NCBI GenBank assembly: GCA_013239625.1 | Contig: MU053881.1 | Span: 11,150,873-11,214,872 of the forward strand | DNA: 64,000 bases | Reading direction: 5' to 3' | Source of the DNA: Lama guanicoe | Taxonomy: Eukaryota | Part shown: positions 36,098 to 48,322 of the stretch, piece by piece | How positions within the stretch are numbered: position 1 is the first letter of the stretch | Layout of the letters: the number at the start of each line of letters is the position of its first letter | Notes under the pieces: model-generated | What the model saw: only the letters and a program-made list of their open reading frames with translations | Told to the model about the DNA's origin: nothing | Database searches by the model: none | Position numbers and translations under genes: made by a program

Positions 36098-38410
36098 CTC
36101 CAGGATGGCTGTAAGGAACTTGACAAATCCTCTCTTCATAGTCAAAGAAAAACTGGACATAACTGTCCAAAACAACCATCTTTAGTCTCTGGAAATTGAT
36201 TAAAAGGCATATAAAAATCAGAAGCACTTATTCAAGAGAATTTACTGAACTTCATTATGAACGGTAGGGGTCTGTGCTGTTTATACCAGGGGCTGCCATT
36301 TCCTCCCACCCCTGCTCTGTGTCGCAGAAGTTTTATACTGGGCAGGTTGAGCAGCTCACAAGGATCTACAGCTCCATACCTTCTCCCCAGCTTCAGGATG
36401 TAGAAGTTCTACTCTAAGCATCTCCTCACAGGACCAATGATTGGCATCACCTTGACAACTCCATGTCTGTGATGCAGAAGTTCTGACAAGGGTAGGCATG
36501 GCAGGCTATAAGAAATAGTCAGCTAAGTGTATTTGCCTGAGGGGAGCGGCTTTATTTGCAGCATAAAATGAAAAAAAATTCCTAGAAGTTTTATCAAAAT
36601 TCAAAATAGATCATAGTGGCAATTAACCAGGGAAGACTAACATCTCCATTATAGGATTAGAAATAAAACAAACAGCAGACCAGACAGAAATTTAACAGTG
36701 AGACCCAAAGACAGAGAGAGTCAAAGAGACCCTGCTAAGATTTCATGCCTGCCTGGTGATCTGGAGGGCTGAGTACCTGCACAAAACTATGCCCATGCAG
36801 GAGCGATAGAAGATACGACTTGTGAGCCTAATGCACAACAGACCTGTAGACACTTTGAACTTCTAAAGAAACCTCAAGACACCACAGATCCATGGGCAAC
36901 GTGTGGAAGCCTTCTTGCTTCAGGGGGCTTAAGCACAAGTTCCGACCAACCCTTGACTGACTACTAAGCTACAGTGATTTAGCAATCCAGACTTAAGTTT
37001 TTGTTTTTGTTTTTTTAACAAAAATCTAAGCCACAGTATCAGAGGCTGTACATTAAAGAGAAAACAGATTTCACAGAATTTATAAAAATAAGTCACTAAA
37101 CAAGCAAATATAAAGCAGTGAAAACCAACTCTGCCGAATGAGCTTCATAATTCAGAATTGCTATATGTTATATTTTACAACTATAAAATGTCTCAAAAAT
37201 TATGAAGATGCACATACAAGTATGTATGATCCACACAGTGAAAGCATGTGGGTAATAAAAATGCCTTTGAAGGTGTCCAGATGTTGGATTTCGTAGAAAA
37301 ACATTTCAAATCAGCTATTATAAATATGTTCAAAGCACTAAAAGAAACTATGTTTAAAAAATGAAAGGAAGGTATGGTAATAACAACCTATCAAATAAAG
37401 AATAACAATAAAGAGAAATAAATTATGAAAAAAGATGTAAATAGAAATTCTTGAACTGAAAATAAAATAACTGAAACAAAAAATTAAGGGGAGAGACTCA
37501 ATAGTAGATTTGATCGTAAGAAGAATCAGTGAACTTCAGTATAGATCAATAGAAGTACTCCAATTTGAGATACAGAAAGAAAAAGAAATAAAATGAACAC
37601 AGACTCAAAGATCTGTGGGAAACAATTAAGCAAACTGACTTATGTATAATGATAGTACCAAAAAGAGAGGACAGAGAGAAAGGGGCAGAAAAATTGTTCA
37701 AGGACATAATGGCTAAAAAGTTTCCAAATTAAACGAAAAACTTCACACATCTAAGAACCTTCACAAACTCATAAAAGATAAACACAAAGAGATCCATACC
37801 TAGTAACATCACAGCCAAACACTTGAAAGATAAAAGACAAAATCTCTAGAGCATCAAGAGAAAATGACTCATTATGCACAAAAGAACCCCATTAAGATTA
37901 ACAGATAACTTCTCACCAGAAATGACAGAGGCCAGGAGGCAGTTGTCAGGATGACATTTGAAATGATGAAAGAAAAACCAAACCAAGCAAAAAACAGCTG
38001 TCAACCAAGAATCCAGCAGACTATCTTTCAAAAATGAAGGCAAATAACGACCTAACCAGATAAACAAAGACAGAGAGAATACGTCGACAGCGGACCTGCC
38101 TTGTGAGAAATACCAAAGGAAATTCTTCAGTCTGAATGGAAGTGATACCAGATGAGAATTCAAATTCACATGATGAAAGAAAATGTGCCAGTAAGTGTAA
38201 TTATAAAAGGAATCATACAATCCATTATAATTATAAATTTTCTTATTTTTAACTGTAAAATCTTATATCTAGAAAATTATATTATTAAAAAGCTGTATTA
38301 CTAAATTTAATATAAAGATGTAATTTATATGACATTAACAGCACAAAGAAAGGAGGAGGAAATGAAGCTATATTTGAGCAAGAATATGACACAAAGTGGC
38401 GATTCAAACA
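36098..38410 (+). mobile_element. Old L1M 5' UTR and decayed ORF1
   Basis: Starts tccaggatggc; ORF1-like A-rich segments (gctattataaatatgttcaaag, atagatcaatagaa, gacataatggctaaaaagtttccaaatt, agataacttctcaccagaaatgacagaggccagg, ctatctttcaaaaatgaagg). Confidence 0.85.
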
Positions 38411-38479
38411 CACAGAAGAAAAACTCCTATTCAAATATTTTGCCCATTTTTTGGCTGGTCTTCTCTTTCATTCACTCAC

Positions 38480-38700
38480 TTGCCCTATCCACTGGCCAGT
38501 TGTTCCTGGAACGAGCCAAGCTCAATCTTGCCTTAGAGCTTTCGCTTTCTGACTCCTCTCTTCCTGAGGCACTGGAGGATCTTCAGGTTGTGAGCTCATC
38601 GGGATTCCTCCCGAATGGCTAACTTCATTCAGAACCCTACCAAAAAGTCACATGCTAGGATCCCCTTTACCAGTCTAAGACAGCATTCCAAGCCATCTTT
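38480..38700 (+). mobile_element. L2 fragment
   Basis: ccactggccagttgttcctggaacgagccaagctcaatcttgccttagagctttcgc. Confidence 0.55.
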
Positions 38701-39897
38701 CTGTCATTTCCATCCCAATAGATACATATCTTAGAAACACTCAGACTCACAGGACAAATCAGTCACAGTGATAAACGGTCATAATTCTTATCAGCAAAGA
38801 CATAAAAACCTGATGCAGAACTTGCCGTTCTAACAGTAATTATTTAACTTTATTTTGATTCATGTATTTCTAAGAAAATTTAATTATCTATCCATAATTT
38901 ATTTACCTCAATATTTGTTTTTTATTTCTCCTGAACAATTGAGATATCTCATTTTTTAATCCCTATGATGTGTTTGTCTTTCTCTTCCTAGCACATTCTG
39001 TGCTCATGAGTAACTGATATAATTTAGGATGCAGCAGGCATTTGAAATGATGATAACTCATTATTTGACAAGTACCAGTCAAAGGGCTAGAGTTTCTTAG
39101 GAATTTCTAAAAGCTCCATCATGAGACTGAGACGTCCTACAAACTCCAGTCGAGTACATGAAGCCCTAAGTTCCATTTATAGGTAGGCAGCTTAGCTTTG
39201 TACTGCCAGCTACAGTTTTACTTGATAATCTTTCCCACATCCAAGATCCTGTTTCCAAACTTATAACTAACTCCAGAAGAAGGTAATATGGGAGTGTGTG
39301 CAGTCAAGGCTTTGAAAACATCTACTATAGTGTGGAGTGTGAAATTGAGAAATAAACAACAAATACCAACTATGGTCTAACTTGGTATCTTAGTGTCATT
39401 AGATCATTTTGTCATGCTGAAAGGGCTTTAACAGTATTACCTCTGTATTAGGCCCAGTCAAAGAATGGGGCAAGTTATCATTTGTGCATGACCCCAGTGT
39501 TTCAAGAATTTGAACAGAATAAAACACACTTAACCTTAAAATTGTATTTAATGAAACATAATTTTCTTTTGGCTATTGAAAAGGCACTTGAGAATTTCAC
39601 AGGGCTTTGGGTTTATTACAGACATCAATTATCATTGCACTGACAAGTATGAAGGAGCCGGCTAAGAGGGAATTACGGTTAACAGGAAGCCAGAAAGACT
39701 AATTCTTACTAGGTCATTAGTTCTGCATAATTTTGAAAAGGAAAACTTCCAAAAGTCAATCAGTAAAAAGCATGGAGAAATAGAGGTGGGAAAGAGTGTA
39801 AAAGGACAGTTATTACCTTGGTTTAAATGCAACAGAAAGATAAAAGCAAACAACAAAAAAAGAAATATAGCAGAAGTTTGCCTTTGTATTAGATGAG

Positions 39898-40048
39898 TAA
39901 TTCTAAACTGGAAGTGATTCTGCCTCCCAGGGGACTTCTGGTGATGTCTGGTGACATTCTGTTGTCACAACTTGAGGGTGCTATAGGACAGCTTCTCACA
40001 ACAAAGAATTATGTGGAATGTTAATAGTTCTCAGGTTGAGAAAGCCAA
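39898..40048 (+). mobile_element. MER20 with internal deletion
   Basis: gtgattctgcctcccaggggacttctggtgatgtctggtgacattctgttgtcacaact...acaacaaagaattat...ggttgagaaa. Confidence 0.88.
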
Positions 40049-41928
40049 CATTAGGCCATTCAAACTTTTTAAGAATAAATTTAATGTGGTGTATTATACT
40101 TTGTCTATCTGCAATTTGCATTAAAGAATTAGAGTAAATGTGGAAAATTACAGATCTTTGTTGGAAAGATAATCAAAGAAGACTGGCAGACATTCAAAAC
40201 TTAGATCCAAGTATAACTTTTTGAAGGTCAAATTCCTTTTAACTTCATCCTAATCAAGATGGGATTTGTGTCTTTAGAGATTACAAATTCTGGTCATTCT
40301 TTGACATGTTTCTCTATCTGTTAGAGAATATATAACAAATGCTGGTCAGGAATGAATCCCCTGTCAATTTTCACTCTTCTTCTACCTCAGCTCATTTTCT
40401 CAACTTGATAGAAATAAAGTAGACACAGACAGATTGTGTATGTGGAAGGGAAAAAGAGCTGGAAAGAAACTGAAAAGCTAATCCACTGTGATGCCAGTCT
40501 ACACCAAGGACCATGTGCCAGAAATCTAAGGAGCCATCCGTTAGAAATGCTGACAGTGTTGGCTCCTGTGACAGACTTTGAAATACTGAGTTTCGATAGT
40601 TATGCTCTCAAATTTTGAAGGCAACTGTGAACGTTATCCCAAAGTTTTATATCTTCCACTTAAAAGATTTTTTTTTACTTCAAAATTAGTGTTTTCCAAA
40701 ATACTTGGAGATTACGTCAATCAATCTTTTATTCTCTAACAGTGTCTCTTAGAGGTATCGTAGGGATTTTGTAATATTCAAATAAAATAAGTATTTGTTT
40801 GTTCCTGGGGATTTCATGACACCGGCTGAAATCAATTGGAAACGATCTAAGTGATGAAAGATCATGCTTCTGAGTCATTATATTAACATATTCATGATAC
40901 CTGAGAATATAACAACCAAATATTTAAAAAATAATTTTCATTTAAATTCTGTAGAGTATTGTTATATCATTCACACAGTTATATTCTAATTCCATTTTTA
41001 GCATTTTTCCTGTTAAGCATTATGCAGTATGGAGGGAAGATGATCTCATTGGCTTCAGAAAATACGAGGTTGCTCTTGACCACCTGGACTCTTCCTGGAA
41101 ACTAGAGGACACTATGGTTCCCCCTGCAGAATATGGCTTTACCTCAGGCACAGACAGAGCTAGCTTAGGGTGCTCTTGGCCAACGGTGTTGTGAGCCTTC
41201 CAGCCCTTTTCACCTGGTCTAGAGGCTGCCAGAGCCAATTTACCCTACCCCTACCCTCAAGGACAATTCATCTCCACCCAGACTGTCCTCAGACTTCTCA
41301 AATCAAGAGTCTGGTCAAGGCTGCTGGGTCAGCCTTCATCACACAAGCAGGCAGACGCGGATCTGGCCTTGCTATTTTCATCACTCCTTCCCAGTCCCAC
41401 TATTTACGATTCTAAAATAGACAGGCCTTGATCACAAAAGAAAAACAACAAAAGTAAATTTAAAAAATACTTTCATTCAAATTGTTTTGACATATATGAG
41501 TGATTAAACTCTGCTTTAGACCCACTTTCTTAGATTTTTAAAGTGAAGATATTAATAATAGCTACTCGAACAATCTCAAAGCTATTCTCAGGTTCAAAAG
41601 AGATATCATATATTATCTTCAAATTCTAGCATCTCCTTCCCCATTCTCACCTTGTCTCACTTGATGACTTATATATCTGTCTACTTTACGCCTTCAGTTG
41701 GATGGTAACAGGTATTCCAAACTCAACACGTTCAAAATTGAACTGATCTTTCCTCCAAATTTACTGCACCCACAGCCTTTTCAATCTCACTCTGTCATAA
41801 CAACTCTTAGTTTCTAAGGCTAAAATCTCAGAGATAAACTTCACTTCTTTCTCATTCACCTCCCAAATTTAATCTGTCGGGAAATGTTACTTGTTTTCCT
41901 TCAAAGTATAGAATTTGACCTCTATAAG

Positions 41929-42359
41929 TGTATAGGTTTCACTGTGTCCCCTCAAGAAGACACACTGTAGCCCTGGCCTCCAGTGCCTCAGAGTCAGTCC
42001 TTGTCTGGAAATATGGTCTTCACAGAGGTAATCAGAATGGACCCTAAACAATATGACTGTCTTTATAAAAAAGAAATTGGGAGACAGAAACACATGCACA
42101 AGGAGAAGACAGTTACGTGAAGATGGAGGATTGGGGTGAAACATCTGCAAACCCAGGGACACCAAAGGACGGAGGGCAATCCACCAGGATCTGGAAAAGG
42201 CAAAGAAATCATCCTTCTTGTACAGGTTTCTTAGAGAGCATAGCCCAACACTTTGATTCCATACTTCCGGCGTCCAGAATTGTGAGACAATAAATTTCTG
42301 TTGTTATAAGCCTCCCATATTGTGGTACATTATTATGGCAGCCCTAATAAACTGATAGA
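41929..42359 (+). mobile_element. MaLR solo LTR (MLT1B/C-like)
   Basis: tggaaatatggtcttcacagaggtaatcag...ccagaattgtgagacaataaatttctgttgttataagcc...ttatggcagccctaataaactgata. Confidence 0.9.
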
Positions 42360-42616
42360 ACAGCTACTATAATCTCTCATCTGGGTGATTGTTCTAACCT
42401 CCTAACTAGCCTCTTGGCTTCTGCTTGTGAAACACTACAGAGTGATCTTTTGAAATGTAAGTCAGATTGTATTTTCTTCTATTCAAAACCCCAAAGCAAG
42501 AATTATTACAACGTCTTAAAGGCTATAATGTGATGTTCCGCCACTGCCATTTTGAACTTAGGGCACTGTTCTTTCTCACTCTTCTCTCCAGCCACACTGT
42601 CCTCTGTGCTGGACTG

Positions 42617-42715
42617 AGAGTGACCAACTGTTCAAGTTTGCCTGGAGCTGAGAATAGGGGACATTCAAAGATAAGTCAAGGTAATTCCAGGCTAACTGGG
42701 AAAGTCGGTCACCCT
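42617..42715. mobile_element. MER94-like hAT (Blackjack) MITE
   Basis: Terminal inverted repeats AGAGTGACCAACT (42617-42629) / AGTCGGTCACCCT (42703-42715), 11/13 complementary. Confidence 0.75.
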
Positions 42716-43564
42716 ATGGCTATTTATTGAATAGGCTAGACACCTTTCTGCAGTAAGACCTTTGATCTAGAAGTTTGCTCTGGCTAGAGTGAGCCTTCAA
42801 GGGCAACACCTAGATCTCCACTTTAGTAACTCCTTCAACTGCTTAAAAATGTTGTTCACATCTTACTCTCTTCACAAAGTCTACACCGTCCAGTCTATTT
42901 AAATTGTGATCCTTCCTCCTATGCTTCCAAATTTCCTATCTAGCCCTAAGTTTTCTTTTTTCCATCATACAAATCACCTTCTCATATAACATATATCACA
43001 TACACATAATTTACTTACTATTACTTATTATAGCTAATAAATCCATGTACTCAACTGTGAATTTATAGTAAAATAGTATTTACAGCAAGAATTATTTTCT
43101 ATTTACAACCCTTCCCTCTATTTCTGGATTAAAAATATCAGTATAAATGTATTTCCTATGTGCCTTGGAGAGGTTTTCTTAGGCATTCTTTGTATCATAA
43201 GCCATTCTCTTTGCTTTCCACTTGCACTCACACACACAGACTCACATTTGTCTAGTACTCTCATATAGCTGTTTAGTATCTCTATGTGTATCATCTATGT
43301 GAATCTCATACTTTGGGCAGGGTACTAGGTTAGATATAGGGAATTGAAGGATGAATATGAAATAGCCCCTAATCTCATGAGTAGCTGTGCTTACAGACAA
43401 ACAGAATTTTAATGTGTTAAATCTTTTAAGGATTGTTTGAATTTTAAAAGGCATGCCTTTAAGAAAAGTGTCCCAACCCCCAAAAAAGTGTATTTCTCTT
43501 AGAGATTTGTAGGTCAGGAAGCTATTTTAGGGATTCTTAAAACAAATAGTGTGCTAATAATACT

Positions 43565-43795
43565 TAGGATGTAGTATAGCTGAGGAATCCATGTTCTGGA
43601 GTCAAGACGTCTTCTGTTTAAAATCTACTTCCTCTATTTATTAACTCTGCGAATTCAGATATGCAAAGTTCTTTAAGCTTTTGCTTTCTTGTCTGTGAAA
43701 TGGAGCAATAACTGTGTAACTCTTTCTGCCTCATAGTATGTGGCACAGTGTCAAACATATAGTAATTGCTCAGTAAAAGCTACTGTTCATTATTT
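43565..43795 (+). mobile_element. MIR SINE
   Basis: tctggagtcaagac...tctgtgaaatggagcaataac...tggcacagtgtcaaacatatagtaattgctcagtaaaagctactg. Confidence 0.8.
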
Positions 43796-43844
43796 AAATA
43801 TACAAAATATGCTGACTGCAATATTAAGATCTTTGAAAAGTTTT

Positions 43845-44000
43845 ATTTTTTTAAACAATCTCAGTTTCAGGTGTACAGAATTCAACATCTGTCTACACTA
43901 CAAAGTGGTCACCAGCACAAGTCTAGTTACCATCCACCCCCATACAGCTGACGCTCTTCATCTATCTTGCCCCCCCAAACACCCTTCCCCTCTGGGAACG
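43845..44000 (-). mobile_element. L1 (L1MA-type) extreme 3' fragment
   Basis: agtttcaggtgtaca...caccagcacaagtctagttaccatccacc...cccttcccctctgg. Confidence 0.75.
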
Positions 44001-44042
44001 TATTAAAATCTTCTGAAGGTCTTTGCTTGAATTGTGACAGTT

Positions 44043-44083
44043 TATGTGTGTGTGTGTGTGTGTGTTTGCGCACGCGCACGCGC
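44043..44083. repeat. (TG)10 followed by a GCGCAC-type alternating purine-pyrimidine tract
   Basis: (tg)10 ttt gcgcacgcgcacgcgc. Confidence 0.9.
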
Positions 44084-45404
44084 CTACCTGCAATGTGCAC
44101 ATTTGTACATGTTCTTTTACTTCAGGGCTGGGAAAGAATTCAAAGACATGTAGATGCAAGCACACCTCAGTTTAGGAACAAGTGCACATCCTATTTTTGG
44201 TGTATGTGCAGGAAGGGCTGATTTAGTTTGGAGACGGCATTTGAAAATGTAGTAGTGTGTCCTGAGGACTCAAATCAAAATTCTTCTGATGTCAAAAAGG
44301 ATGTGGAATAGTTAATATGATTGCCACAAGTGGTTTCTCTAGGTAAGTGCCTTGAAGAAATAACGTTGCTATTTATCTCCTTTGAATATACAAGTTTCTC
44401 TTAAATCTCTGGTGAGCATCTCCTGAGGATGTGTCAGACTATGCTCTGTGTATAAAACTATACATAGAACTGCTCAATATGTCTATCATCCAAGAGTCAC
44501 TATATATTCCTACAGTCCACAGTTCATATAGCTTCCAAGTATATGAACTCACTCAGATCGCTCATTTATTGGACCATTGTGGGAAACTGTTGGTCTTACT
44601 AGAGGAAACAAAATTTTATAAAATTTAGGAAACAGTTTTTTACCTGCAGATAGAAACTTAAAAAAATAGAGAAATACTTAACTTCTGTTCCCGAATTATT
44701 TCACATTTAGTCTGGATAAAAGTCTTTTGAAAGAGTTCATTGTTATTTCCTGGCTAACTTTTGATTTATTTGATATTATGTGAGTTGTATTATTAAAAAA
44801 AACAGCAGGGCAAAATGATGGTTCCAAGTTTCCTTATTTTTTTATAATTTCTTCCTTCAATTTACTCTATATTGATAATCAGCAATTAATAAAATATTAG
44901 TCACTACAGGAAAACATTTATGTTACATATAAACTTGTGATGGTGTATATCCTAAGACAGTGATACAAAGTCAGTAGTTTGATGTATTGCTTTTTTCACT
45001 GAGTAAATTTACAATTTGGATAAAGCCATTTCCCCTAAAATATAAGTAGTAACTATTACAAAATGATTAATAGTTTAGAAACTTTGAGAATATTGTTCGG
45101 AACATAAAATAATAACAAAATGTATCCACTTAAATTGCTTCTGTATAATTGCAATAAGATTAAAATGCACCAAATTGTATCTCTAATGTATCTACTCCAG
45201 TGGGTATTTGTGGGGTTTAATGCTTCTTGGTAACAGCAAGGCATGTGAAGTGTGACCACAAACTCTTTGGGCACATACCCTTCATCCATTTAAAAATTTA
45301 AAAAGAGAAATATCTTACTCATCACGTAGATTTTGATCACAACAACTTTTTTAAACAGGTTGAGTAAATAATAAACTTTGGAAAAATCATTCCCTCAATG
45401 AAAT

Positions 45405-45930
45405 TAATTCATTTGGTTCCTACTTACATATTAAGTACCTCAATGAAGTATTCCTAGTGATAGGGACTCAGCAACAAACAAGGGGGACAGAACTGTTGCT
45501 CTTGTACAGTTTATAGCACAGTGAGAGAGGTTAGGAAATACCCTGATATCAAGTAAATAAATATTAGGATGTAGTCAGTGCTAAAAAAAAAAAATCATCA
45601 TCAAGGGCAGGTTGTGATAGAGAGTGCCAAAGTTATAGGCCTGGAAGATTTACTATGTGGTTGCTCATGAAATATCACTTCTGATATGGTGACAACTGTG
45701 ATGAATCATGAACACTGAGAGTCTGACGTGGTGAAATATGTGGAAAGCACTAGTAGAGTGCAAATACGCAGAAGAGGGGAACACCCTGGGCTTGCTGAAG
45801 AAAGGGAAAGAAACAGACCATGTGGCTAAGACACACTGTGGAAGGGGAGAAGCATGAGATGTTGGAGCGTAAGTTAGGGACAGACCACAAAGGGCCCCGC
45901 AGCCCAGGGTAATCTCTCCTGGCTTCACCA
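45405..45930 (-). mobile_element. L2 3' region
   Basis: acatattaagtacctc...gggactcagcaacaaaca...agaagaggggaacaccctgggcttgctgaagaaagggaaagaaacagaccatgtggct. Confidence 0.7.
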
Positions 45931-46159
45931 GCAACAGTCTCTCTTGCTGCCTCACTGGTGTAACGTTTCTCACCTGAGTAGTGTAGTGGATCTGAAGAGA
46001 ATAGGTCAGTACAGGCTTCACTGGAGCTCACATATTTAGGCAATTTTTGTCCCAGTAAATAATTTCTTTAATTGGGACTCTGAAAATAAATACAATCTTC
46101 CATATAACATCTTTTAGTGTGGTAACTGGAACTGGAACATTGACTACCTGGGCTCTGAA

Positions 46160-46600
46160 GCTGGCTGACTAGTGCTTCCTCCCCTAAAATTCTCGTCCTA
46201 TTGAAACCTCTGAATGTGACCTTGTTTGGAAATATGATCTTTGCAGATATAATCAGTTAAGATGGTGTCATATTGGATGAGAGTGGGCCCTAAATCCAAT
46301 GTCTGGTGTCCTTACAAGAAGAGAAGACACAAAGGGACACACACAAGGAAGAATGCTATGTAAAGACGGCGGCAGAGACTGGAGTGATGTAGCTACCAGC
46401 CAAGAAACACCAAGGTAACTACAAAAAAAACTAGGAAGAAGCAAGGGTAAGATTTTCCTGTAGATTCTTCAAAGGATGCACAGCGCTGGGGACATCTTGA
46501 TTTCAGATGTCTACATTCCAGAACTATGAGAATACATTTCTGTTGTTCAAGCCACCATGTTTGTGGTAAATTGCAGGAGTAGCCCGAGGACACTAATTCA
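46160..46600 (+). mobile_element. MaLR solo LTR (MLT1C-like)
   Basis: gaatgtgaccttgtttggaaatatgatctttgcagatataatcagttaagatg...ccctaaatccaatg...ccagaactatgagaatacatttctgttgttcaagccacc. Confidence 0.92.
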
Positions 46601-46879
46601 GATCACACAGCCAAGATTCTAGCCACAGCAGGTAGCACCAGGGTTCCTTTTTGACCCAGACAATGGGAGACGTGCACAGGACCTGAGAGGGTGAGCAGCA
46701 AGACTGCGGGGTCTTTTCCCTTGCTTTCTTCCTTCTTCAGCTTTATAGTTCTGGCAATGACTTCACCCCTCTATGGCCACAGCTCCCACCTGGCAGCCTG
46801 TCTTCCATATTGCAGCTCTCACTGACTCCTGTGACACCACATCCCCTTCTGGTACCCCTTCCCCCTGGGGTGATAACAG

Positions 46880-47128
46880 CCACACTTTGTTGTTCATCTC
46901 TAGATCCCTCGATATGCCAAGCTTCTTCCTCACCTTTCTCTGCTATATTTCTCACAATCTGAAATTTTGTTCATTCGTTTGTATTAAGTATTCATTTGTT
47001 ATCTATTTCCTTAATAAGAATATGTTTTCCATTAGACCTGGATCTTGTCTCTTCATTGCGCTATTCCCCGCACCTGGAACAGTAGTTCCAGTCACATAAT
47101 AGGAGCTCAAAATACTTGTTGAATGAAA
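46880..47128 (+). mobile_element. L2 3' end
   Basis: tcttgtctcttcattgcgctattccccgcacctggaacagtagttccagtcacataataggagctcaaaatacttgttgaatgaa. Confidence 0.8.
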
Positions 47129-48322
47129 AAGGATGACAATGAAAAAAAAATCTAAAATGTCACAAACCACCTGAAAAAGTCAACTGATCAAAAAGCTGTC
47201 TCTCCTTTATAGGAGACTACATTTACACACATATTTATAGGCTATACATACAAGTGTTGATATGTCTTGCTTAACTGACTTAAAACCTTAGGTAATTTTG
47301 CCACACAGTAAAATTTTTTGCATGGTGAAAAGGAGAACTGTGACATAAAACCTAATCTACTAGATCTAATTCAATGTTTCTTCCTGGTGACAAGGGCATG
47401 TCTGGGCTGGATGGGTCAATATCTATGAATGTTCTCAAGTGACTATGCTTAGTAAGTGTCCCAGTTTACACTCAAATTTACATAACCCTGGATGTATTAT
47501 TTGGATTGCAATGGATTTCTTATAGGTAGAATCTTGATTACAATGTCCATATAAAAAATGCTCCAATACAGCTTATTTCATTACTGCTAACAAAACTGCA
47601 CAATTAAAGCATAGTGAATGTTGAAATTTCCACAATTTTATGCTTTTCAATAGCACCACAACAAAAATGCTCAGATAATAAAAGAGAATTTATGTAAAGT
47701 AACACATGAAACATTTGGTTATATTTGACTCCTTAATGTATTCCAAAGGCATCTATTGCCTCAGGGAGAGAGGGTATTTGTACAGAGGAAAAATAATAAC
47801 CCAGAGAAGAGCAAACAACAGGGAAATTCTACTTATGGCTGAGGATAATAATCAGATGATACCCCAATCATCTAAAAGAGAGATGACTTAAGGAAAAGAA
47901 ACATAATTGGTCAAGGTTAAATAGCAGTGTGTATCCAAGGGACACAAATGAGATATACATACTCAAAAAGACTACTAGAAGATTTAAAACAAGAAATGTA
48001 AGGGAGTCATCATAAAGGAAATACTGCTATTTGAAAGGAGTGATGAGATCAAGAACAGAATCAAGTCACTTTTTCTTAAAAGGTTTCAATAGGAAAGGAA
48101 AAATAACAGGCTAAAATGTAAAAGGAACATCTTCTAAAATATGTTAACTATGAAATGATATATGCATATTTAAGACGAGTAATGCCATTAGTCCTCAGAT
48201 TGATATTCATACTTTAAAGGGGTGCCAGAAAAATCACACATGGAAAACTGAAGGTAATATCTGTCAGGTGAAAAAAATGGCACACAATAGAGGTACACTT
48301 AGATGCTTGGGTGTAAGGAGCG

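Larger units (their letters stand above)
41650..43030 (+). mobile_element. L2 element split by MLT1 and MER94 insertions
   Basis: tccaaactcaacacgttcaaaattgaactgatc (41715); cctcctaactagcctc...agagtgatcttttgaaatgtaagtcagat (42400-42470); ccagtctatttaaattg (42890). Confidence 0.8.

Noticed and set aside
45056..45289. ORF starting MDEGY, reminiscent of the short N-terminus I recall for a brain PPARGC1A isoform (MDEGYF)
   Set aside because: Only five residues match, the sixth differs, and the flanking sequence gives no supporting exon structure; treated as coincidence.
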